NCBI RefSeq assembly: GCF_006345805.1
Contig: NW_021832371.1
Location: 1 to 30,744 of the forward strand
Direction of reading: 5' to 3'
Source of the DNA: Octopus sinensis
Lineage: Eukaryota
Length of the DNA stretch: 30,744 nt
The stretch's first letter is position 1. Every line of letters starts with the position of its first letter. A program made the position numbers and the translations under genes. Below, in pieces: positions 21,993-30,744 of the stretch. The notes beneath the pieces are model-generated. The model did no database searches. It worked only from the letters and a program-made list of their open reading frames with translations, and was not told where the DNA came from.

Positions 21993-22285
21993 CCCTTCAA
22001 ATAAACCAGTTGATTAAATCCACCAGCCAGTCAGATCGTCTGCAGTCCTTCAAATACACTCGTTGATTAAATCCATTAACCAGCTACAGCGTTCCTTCTG
22101 CCTCAAATACAGTCTTTGATTAAATCTATTCACCACTTAGATCTTCTGAAGTCCTTCAAATACAGCAGTTCATTAAATCTACCAAGTTAGATCGTCGGCT
22201 TTCCTATAAACACAGTAGTTAATTACATCCATTATCCAGTTATGTCCTCTACTAGCCTTCAGATCCACCAATCAGTTAAATCTTC
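21993..22285. repeat. Degenerate 53-bp minisatellite, about 5 units
   Basis: TTGATTAAATC-type anchors at 22010, 22063, 22116, 22169 and 22219; units end in CCTTCAAATACAG-like words. Confidence 0.85.
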
Positions 22286-22679
22286 TCTAGTTTATATAAT
22301 ATTATTCAGGTACTGACAACGTTTGTTTTGCTCTACTTTTATTTACATTGAGTTTTTGAAAGTCTTCTAAGTAGATAAAAAATGGAACACTGAAATCGTC
22401 AATATTTTGTGCATTAATATTCATGATCTAACCAAAGCGCCATTCCTCTAAAATATCATATGCTCCTGTTCTAAGGAGATTTGGATGCTGCATCTCTGGT
22501 GCATGAAGGACAGACGATACGGCAAGTGAAAAACACTGATTATGTTTGAGAGGAGGAAATCTGGAACGAGAAACTAAATCGCGCATTATCAAACACATAA
22601 CGTGCTGAAAAGTAAACGAAAAGCATTATCCATCTTCTAAATAATTAATGAAAAATCTTTGCAATCTTTAAAATCTTTA

Positions 22680-22920
22680 CTTTGAGTAAAGTGGTTGCAA
22701 AAGAAACTGAAAAGAAAGGAATATTAGAAACTTGACCAACAGATGTAGAGATGGTGAATCACAAGGACAAAATTATTCTTATAATTCGTACATAGGGCCC
22801 AACGCTCAAGCTGCTGCCTAACAGGTTGAAGCTTATTGGAATTAAGATACATATTACTGACCTGTAGAAGTACTATCTTGTAATCTACAAGAATACCAGG
22901 ATACTTGAAATTTGAGGAGA
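22680..22920 (+). mobile_element. Highly decayed 3' end of a second R4/Dong-like RLE element
   Basis: SKVVAKETEKKEY*KLDQQM*RW*ITRTKIILII…LLPNRLKLIGIKIHITDL*K…RILEI* follows the RLE C-terminal pattern (K..EK..KY..L..E..RMW.....IIPIVIG…L..IGI…LQK……ILE.*). Confidence 0.55.
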
Positions 22921-23516
22921 GGAAACTGACGTTGCCATCAAGCTATATGATCACATTTTAGCTAAATAAGCTACCATATAAGAAGGAGAAGGATCGCATC
23001 GGTGTTTATCTGGGGTCTTGGCCTCCAGATCTGTGAGACCACCAATGCCGCTGTTAGGACCGGATTAACACCCATAATGACCCTAGAGACTAAAAAGATT
23101 TTCCTACCCCATACCACTTGCGACTTAATTTTATCTTCGTGTGGTAATGAAAAGTGAAAGTGACATCCAATATTTGCTGTGGTTATTTATCTTTGATTTA
23201 ATAATGTGTGTACGTATCTATGTGTCAGCTTTTCTTTCGATCTATGTATCTACTTTTCTTGCGCTATGATAAACATTTAAAAACACAAAACGAACGCCGT
23301 CACCACTCACTGTCTTTTTTCACTCACTCACTCTCTCTTTCTTTCTCACTCTCTCCCTTTCTCTCTTACTCTTTCTCTTTCTTTCTCTCTCTCTCTCTCT
23401 TTCTCTCTTACTTCCTCTCTGTCCTCCCCTCTCTCACTTTGCCACTCACTTCTTCAGTTGAAGTGTGACACACACCACAGGTACGTACAAAAATGAACAA
23501 GTTGGCATATTAATAT

Positions 23517-23539
23517 TATTGATAATAATAATAAAGTGA

Positions 23540-23585
<46 letters not shown>

Positions 23586-23794
23586 GCTTCAAATTTTGAC
23601 ACAAGGCCAGCCATTTCAGGGAGGGATAAGTCGATTATATCAACCACGGGGATCAACAGCTACTTATTTTATCGACTCCCAGAAGATGAAAGGCAAAGTC
23701 GACCTCGGTAGAATTTGAACTCAGAACGTGAAGACAGACAAAATCCCGCCAAGCATTTTTCCCAGAGTGCTAACGATTTTGCCAGGTCTCCGCC

Positions 23795-23830
<36 letters not shown>
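23517..23830 (-). mobile_element. SINE A-related copy (23582-23797) inserted in an (AAT)n array
   Basis: GAAAGGCAAAGTCGACCTCGG…GAATTTGAACTCAG; (AAT)n on both sides. Confidence 0.85.
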
Positions 23831-23831
<1 letters not shown>

Positions 23832-24735
23832 ATGCTAACTTTATCCCAGTTGCTTTCTCCATATCATGCACTTTGTTGTATTTAGGTATGCATCTATACC
23901 GTTGCCGAAATTAAGGGTAGAAACATTAGAACTTACATTTAAATGAAGAATTCTCTAAACTTCTACTACAAAAGGGGAAAAAAATCACCGGCATTTCATT
24001 TCTATTGCCATTATACACCTTATTTCTGCTGACACATTTTATGCATTCCATAAAGCCGATATTGGCCAATCATAACGAAGGACATCCTTTTTGATTGAGG
24101 AAATTCATTTCTTTTGATTACGTAAACAAATACATTCACTCTGTTACGTTCTGCTAAACAAGTAAGAACAAACAAAAATTAAAAATAGTTTCTTTATATT
24201 CTAATGTTACTTCCAATAGTTCTTGAATTTTAGTTATATATTTGTGTTGCTTTCTTGTTATTTTGATTGCAGCTTTTATTACACTTTTTTTTCCAGTCAA
24301 AATTTCTGGCAGCAGAACTCTTTTCACCAAATTTCACTTGGTCGAAACGAAACGAACTACATCGTGTCTATCGGAATAGTAGATGCCAGTTGGCAGGCTA
24401 GATTCTAAGAAAGTAGGTTTCCTATTCAAAATAAGACACCATATCAATCTCAAGAGACATTATTCATACAATGTGCATGTCTTTACCGAAGACACTAATG
24501 GAAACGTACTTCCATTCTACGTTCGTGCTACTGAATCTTATGGAAAAGGAATATCAAACAAACTAAATAAATTACAAAAACAAAAGAACAATAATTCCAC
24601 TTCAGAAATAGCAGCGCTATTTTTCTCAGTAAAACTATTCAAGCTTCAAGCTGTTTCTTTTTTTTTTTTTTTTCTTCATTTTCTGTTTCGAGTATTGCTT
24701 CTGTTCTATAAATTCTGTTTGCTTGTGAGAGGATA

Positions 24736-24760
24736 TATGCATATATATATATATATACAC

Positions 24761-24797
<37 letters not shown>

Positions 24798-24909
24798 GTG
24801 TGTGTGTGTGTGTGTGTGTGTTGTGTGTGTGGTGTGTGTGTGTGTGTGTGTGTAAATGTATATGTATGTATGTAGGTAGGTAAATATAAATGTATATATA
24901 CATATGTGC

Positions 24910-24979
<70 letters not shown>

Positions 24980-25000
24980 TTATGCATGTATGTATGTGCT
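24736..25000. repeat. (TA)n/(TG)n compound microsatellite
   Basis: Direct inspection. Confidence 0.95.
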
Positions 25001-25829
25001 TAGTCATCACTTGCAAGTGAGTATGAACAAGTATCACCTAGCACCACACTTTGACTAATCGTTTTTTGGGTATCTATATATTGGTGAGCAGATAAATGAC
25101 ACCGTCTCGGCCCTTCTTCATTTAACCAGAGGAGCATCAAGGATATTAGTAGGACGGAGAGAGTGAGAGTGTGGTATATATATATATAGAGAGAGAGAAA
25201 GAGACCTGCGCTAGCAAGCGGCTCGTATTGATTACCATCTGGGCAAACTAGACCGACGTAAAATAATGTCTTCCGATGAAGGGTGCGACGTACCATCCGT
25301 TCCAGAATTGAACTCACAGCTTTAAAATCGAGAATCACATGTCTTAATCACACGCCTTCAAACGCACGTACACACACACACATGGACACGCACATTGCAT
25401 AGACTCTTGAGCAAATTTAATTTTCTCTATGCTCAGATTGACCGTTACTTTAAAGACTGTTTAAAATCTACCCCTTATTACACACTGCGGTGTGCCTTAA
25501 AATTGCTTATTTCTTTAACATATAAATTGAGTTTTCACCTGAAATTTACAGCCAATGATATAAGGTCATCTTATACACCAAGATGAATTTAGAGCACCAT
25601 AAATTCCACGCGATTTGCAGAAGGATTTGGAAATATAGTGACGATATTTTAATGTTAGCACAACATACATGATTACAGTATATAATTCTTCGACTTGTAT
25701 GCCAGAAAATACGGTACATTGAGAGTAAAATTGTTTATGCCCTAAATCAACCAATCACACGTTAATTTAGGTAATCGTACAACTAAGTCTCCATGGTCCA
25801 GCGATGAAAATTCACTGGTTTCGTAACTG

Positions 25830-26590
25830 TTATATCCCTCTACTTCCCTCACTTTCACTCCAGTCCTTCTCCATCCCTTTCACTTCTCTTCATTTCATCC
25901 TCTTCACTCTTGCCCTTTATTACTAGCTTCTCTCACCCAACTCCACCCTTTCACTCCTCTTCCTCTTCACCACCACTTCTACATTCACCTTTCATTCCTT
26001 CTTCCTTTCCTTCTTCTCTTAACTACCTCTCATTTTCCTGATCTTTACTTAACACATATTCCTTTGTCAATAAAACTATAATTTTTATATCTTCACTCGT
26101 CATCATACCATCGTCTCCCTTTTATTCCACCCATTTTTGTGCCTTTATCTTTACCCACCTTCATTTTACTGATCCTCATATTCACTTCCACACTGGACTA
26201 CTGCCCCCTTCCATCTACAGCTCTCACCTCTTTATCACGCATTCTCTTCATTTGCCTTCATCCCTTCAACGCGTTATTCCCTTTCCTTATTATTCTCTTC
26301 CTCCTTAAACAAATTCCCTCTTCATTGCCTCTCATCCCTACATCGCATTCGTTTTCAGTCTACTCACCCTTTTCTTGACTCTACCCCCACTTTCCCTCCC
26401 ATTTATTCTTCCTCTCCCTTACATGCCTTTCCCTTTACATCCTTCCCTTTTATCCCATCCCAGCACCCCTTTCCTCTTTACTTCCTTCCCTTTCACTCCT
26501 CTCCCCATTTTATCTTCCTCTCGCTCACGACCTTTCACATTATGCCCCTATTTATTTAATTTCCTTCAATTTTCCTCGCTTTGCTCCTGT
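25830..26590. repeat. ~750-bp pyrimidine-rich low-complexity tract (similar tract at 29220-29500)
   Basis: Plus strand is almost devoid of G and dominated by CCT/CTT words. Confidence 0.85.
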
Positions 26591-27599
26591 TAAAATACAT
26601 TGAGTTAATATATTCTACCAAAATATAGTTACAAGCGCAAACCGAAAGAACCTCATCAGGCCCAATTGAACAGTATTTTTAAAGACAAATATATTTAATG
26701 TCTATATTTCCTCCAACAGCCAGAAAAAAGAAACATAAAATCACTTTCACTACGCTTTTGGCAACTAAGAGATGAGTATATCACCAAATTTGAAAGCCAA
26801 AGGTCCAAAGTAGAGTACACCAAAGCTTATTCTGAAGGGATGGATTCGAGCCAGTAAAAATCTTTGATATTTACATATGCCATAAATTTATTAAATTCAA
26901 GAAGCGAGATAGTCTCTAAATGTTGCCACTAAATTAAATTTATTTTGAAATTGTTTTCTATATAGAAGCTGATCATCAAGCAATTATCAATAATATTTGC
27001 TGATATCTTGTGAAGTTTTCTAAAATTCTTTGTTCCTATGAAAATACCATATCAACATTCTATATCTATAAATCGTTTTAACAAAAATATGATAATGTAT
27101 TTGTTCATAACTCTGTGAAGGGCTGTTCTCGTTTACTTTCGTACTCACTTTTTAACATTTATTTTCTTATTCCATATGACCAGACTGAAATATTACTATC
27201 TCACGTCTTTTAGTTTTATATTTTTCCTTTAATCTTTTTGAATTTCGGAAGTTTAATAATTTCTTGTTCCTTACATTCGAACACCGTTTTCTCTCCCCTT
27301 CGAAATTGCCTTATTTTTACTTATAAATTCCTACGTGTAAGATGTGTTGAAACACCGGGTACAAGTTTTTTTCTTTTTTTCTTCAGGAACATTGACCCAT
27401 GAAGTAAATAAAGCTATAAACTACAGCGTATAAATATTGAGTCAAAACCTTTTGGATAAAAAGGATTCGAAGTTGCTCGTGGGATATAAACCCACATCTT
27501 CTGCATCATGATAGGTGATCTACCCACATGCAGCCTTCGACTTTTTTACTCAACGGGGTTCAAGATACAATATATAAACACTATTATTTATACCTTTAT

Positions 27600-27847
27600 T
27601 AAGGTGGCTAGCTGGCAGAATCGTTAGCGCGCCAGGCGAAATGCTGAGCGGTATTTCGTCTGCCGTTGCGTTCTGAGTTCAAATTCCGCCGAGGTCGACT
27701 TTGCCTTTCATCCTTTCGGGGTCAATAAATTAAGTACCAGTTACGCACCGGGGTCGATATAATCGACTTAATCCGTTTGTCTGTCCTTGTTTGTCTCCTC
27801 TATGTTTAGCCCCTTGTGGGTAGTAAAGAAATAGGTATTTCGTCCGC
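27600..27847 (+). mobile_element. SINE family A, full length
   Basis: AAGGTGGCTAGCTGGCAGAATCGTTAGC…AAAGAAATAGGTATTTCGTC. Confidence 0.9.
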
Positions 27848-27849
27848 CT

Positions 27850-27997
27850 TTATGACGAAACAATACTGAGAATGGAGGGGGTTAAAAAACAACAACAAAT
27901 ATAATAATTATGACGAAACAATACCGAGAATGGAGGAAGGGGTTAAAAAGCAACAACAAATAATTATTATGACGAAGCAATACTGAGAATTGAGGGT
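27850..27997. repeat. 58/59-bp tandem repeat, about 2.5 units
   Basis: TTATGACGAAACAATAC.GAGAAT.GAGG at 27850, 27908 and 27967. Confidence 0.9.
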
Positions 27998-28002
27998 GGA
28001 TT

Positions 28003-28145
28003 CGAATTCTGAGTTCGAATTCCGCCAAGGTCGACTTTAGTTTTCATATTTTCGGGGTCCATAAAATAAGTACCAGATGAGCACTTGAATCGATGTTATC
28101 GACTTACCCCTCCACCGAAATTGCTAGCCTTGTGCCAAAATTCGA
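28003..28145 (+). mobile_element. Headless SINE A-related copy
   Basis: TTCTGAGTTCGAATTCCGCCAAGGTCGACTTTAG…CGGGGTCCATAAAATAAGTACCAG. Confidence 0.75.
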
Positions 28146-28694
28146 TATCATTGTTTAAAGCATTATATGCTTCAAGATCCATTGTTCCTTAAAAAAAATT
28201 ATTTCAAGTTCTCGAAATTTCTGAATTCTTATGACGCCAACCGGATACTACGCCTCGACATTTTACTACCGGAGAACAGGTTCCACGGTGACCAACGTCG
28301 GCTCCCACCTTTTCGGAGTCGATAAAACGCAGAACCAGTTCCACATTAGGATTGAAACAATCGAACGTTTCCTCACATCTCCGTATCATTAAATCCGCAT
28401 TAATAATTCTCTCATTAATTTTGATCTATTTATATTATTCATTTGATCATTTCAACTTTTCTTTCGATGAATGATTATTTACTTATCATTTTTAACATAT
28501 CTATTTTCTATTCATTTAGCAAACTGTTTGCTGTAATTACTGCCATATCCACCCGCACCATACCCAACCCCTGCATTATTTCCTAAGTTTCACTACCCGC
28601 CAGCAAACACTTCATCTATCACTTTCCTCTTCTCCACCTCTTTGCTTGAAGTCTCCATTTCTTCAACTAATCAATCACTTATCCTCCACCACCA

Positions 28695-28703
28695 TATATT
28701 ATA

Positions 28704-28756
<53 letters not shown>

Positions 28757-29053
28757 CCTATATATATAATATATATATCATATATATATACATACATATA
28801 TACAAACATACCTATATACATATACATACATTCCTATATATATAATTCATATATATGTATATATATATATACATATATATATATGTAGTATATTATATAT
28901 AATATCATATAAATAATATAATGTTATATTTATATTATATCATATACATACATATGTATATCTATATATCATATTACGTTATATATATTATATATTATTA
29001 TATCATTATATTACATAATATTATATATTTTATTCATAATATATATATACATT

Positions 29054-29101
<48 letters not shown>

Positions 29102-29115
29102 GTGTGTGTGTGTAT
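28695..29115. repeat. (TA)n-rich compound microsatellite ending in (TG)n
   Basis: Direct inspection. Confidence 0.95.
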
Positions 29116-29504
29116 TTAAACTAATCACTCCGTCTTATGCTCTTTCATTTCTTCACCATCAGAATTTTATGTTTTATGGGATTTTTATGTTTATCACTGG
29201 ATACAGTTTCTCGATATGAGTCAACCTATTGCAGTATATACTGTCTCATTTCTCTGCCTTTTCTATTTTTTATCCTATCTTAGTCACCTCTTACCTTTTC
29301 TGTTTCAGTTTTTCCCCTCCTTTCTTTGCCAATTTATTCTTCCCTTTCTCTTCTTTCTTCCATCGTTCTTTTTATTCCATCACATCCCATACTTTTCACA
29401 CCTTTTTGTCTCTAATTTTTTTCTCCCCAGTTTTCCTTTTTGCTTCTTCACACCACCGCTCTTTGTTTTTCCTTTATCTTTCTTCTTCCCGATTTTTTTT
29501 TATG

Positions 29505-29650
29505 AAGGTCCGTGGCCTAGTGAGTAGGACATCGCACTCACGATTGTAAAATCGCGGTTTCATGTCCTGGACCGGTTGATGCATTATGTCCTTAGACAAA
29601 AGACTTCATTTCACATTGCTCCAGTCCACTCAACTGTATCTGAGTTTCAT
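29505..29650 (+). mobile_element. Decayed tRNA-SINE family D
   Basis: GTGGCCTAGTG A-box-like head; GTCCTTAGACAAAAGACTTCATTTCACATTGCTCCAGTCCACTCA core. Confidence 0.6.
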
Positions 29651-30115
29651 CAATAGCTGGGGAAGTTTACTCTGTGTCAGAAGGGTATCCCGTTCGGTTG
29701 GAATAAATATTATAATCTCAGTTAATTATATTCCATAGAAACCTGGCCAAACTCCGGCCCTCTAAGTACTAGGGCTCATAATAAACCTAAGTTTAAGCAA
29801 TTCTCTCTTTCTAATTTACATTTAATTGTTATTCCTTCTGATTTATTTCCGCATTGCCACCGCTCTCTTTTCATAAAACCCCGATTCTCTTCCCTAAATC
29901 AGCCATTTTAAACATTCCCCCACCGTTACTAATAAACTAGATCAACTGTTATATGCATTTATTTATCTATTTACGCATTTTGACGTTAGAATTTTTGGAG
30001 CTTCACTTTCTTTGAATTGTTTAGGGTAATTGTCAATTAAAAGTAGAACATTGTTTTGAAATTACGGAGATGTACTTGCATAGCGAGTGACTTGATCTGA
30101 GATCGTGTGCTGGAA

Positions 30116-30409
30116 CAAAAACAATTGCAGCGTGGAAGGTGTTTATAAGCCATTTAAGAAACACACAAAAACCGTTAGATTCACTGCAACATTTAAACTT
30201 AATTTGTCAAAATATTTTCGTCGCTTTGAGACCGCGACCTGTTCACTGACAAAACTTCGTGCTGCATCACGAAATTTTGTCAGGGAACAGGTTCGGTCTC
30301 AAAGCGACGAAAATATTTTGAAAAATTAAATTTAAATATTGAAGTGAATCTAACGGTTTTTGTGTTTCTTAAATGGCTTATAAACACCTTCCACGCTGCA
30401 ATTATTTTG
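30116..30409. repeat. Fold-back palindrome, ~140-bp arms, 6-nt loop (30262-30267); probable inverted PLE pLTR junction
   Basis: 30123-30261 is the near-exact reverse complement of 30268-30403. Confidence 0.92.
30203..30253 (-). ncRNA. Minimal type-I hammerhead-like motif with a G3-C8 swapped core (GUGAACA); decayed twin on the plus strand at 30276-30325
   Basis: Minus strand: TTTGTCA-GTGAACA-G-GTCGC(GGTCTCAAA)GCGAC-GAAA-ATATT-T-GACAAA. Helix I is 7 bp (TTTGTCA/TGACAAA), helix II is 5 bp, and helix III is the palindrome AATATT. Confidence 0.6.
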
Positions 30410-30473
30410 AAAATTGTCCCGTTTAAATGTTTCAAAGTGGTTCCTTGCATGTCTGCAGTCAAATGAATGAAAC

Positions 30474-30610
30474 ATGTGTGCACGCGCGTGTGTGTGCTCG
30501 CGTATGTGTGCGCGCGTGTGTATGTATGCTGTGTATGTGTCTGTGTCTGTGTGTGTGTGTGTGTGCTGTGTATGTGTGTGCATGTACGTTTGCATGCATC
30601 TATGTGTGTA
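30474..30610. repeat. (TG)n-rich degenerate microsatellite
   Basis: Direct inspection. Confidence 0.9.
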
Positions 30611-30744
30611 TTGCGTGGAATTGGTGGCATGCAGACAGCCAGGTTTGCTTCTGTGTGCTCAGGAAGGCTCAGGAAATGTACTTGGAGAAGAAAGCGTACC
30701 TTGAGAGTATCTTTAGTAGAATATCTTGAAAGAATTCTTATTAA

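Noticed and set aside
24383-24660. ORF with VHVFTEDTNGNVLPF, vaguely cadherin-like (DxNDN)
   Set aside because: Lacks the conserved D and the other cadherin motifs, and runs into microsatellite.
25583-25672. RRIWKYSDDILMLA, an RT YxDD-like word
   Set aside because: Only a 29-codon frame, with no other RT motifs nearby.
26640-26661. CTGATGAG on the minus strand
   Set aside because: No helix II followed by GAAA.
16101-27997. 17-, 53- and 58-bp periodic repeats as a possible CRISPR-like array
   Set aside because: Units are contiguous or homologous throughout with no unique spacers, there are no cas genes, and the context is eukaryotic.

Overview
AT-rich, repeat-saturated eukaryotic DNA with no confidently identifiable host protein-coding gene. 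Most ORF-track entries are translations of microsatellites or SINEs. The SINE families and the very dense TA/ATT/TAGA microsatellites suggest a coleoid cephalopod such as Octopus; this is an inference from recalled repeat families, not a database hit. Recognisable elements: a decayed Penelope-like (PLE) GIY-YIG fragment with an inverted pLTR-type repeat; a CR1/L2-group LINE 3' end; a Ty3/Gypsy LTR-PBS-gag remnant; an internally deleted R4/Dong (RLE) element plus a second decayed RLE fragment; a non-autonomous Helitron; a MITE; a probable mariner end; and many copies of at least four tRNA-headed SINE families, some multimeric. The most notable signal is a set of three minimal type-I hammerhead-ribozyme folds in three unrelated carriers: a canonical core (491-558), an A6U core variant (8242-8279), and a G3-C8 compensatory-swap variant (30203-30253) inside a ~290-bp fold-back. 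A CUGANGA pattern search would miss the last two. Weak candidates for a spliced transcript and a GDD-containing decayed frame are reported at low confidence.
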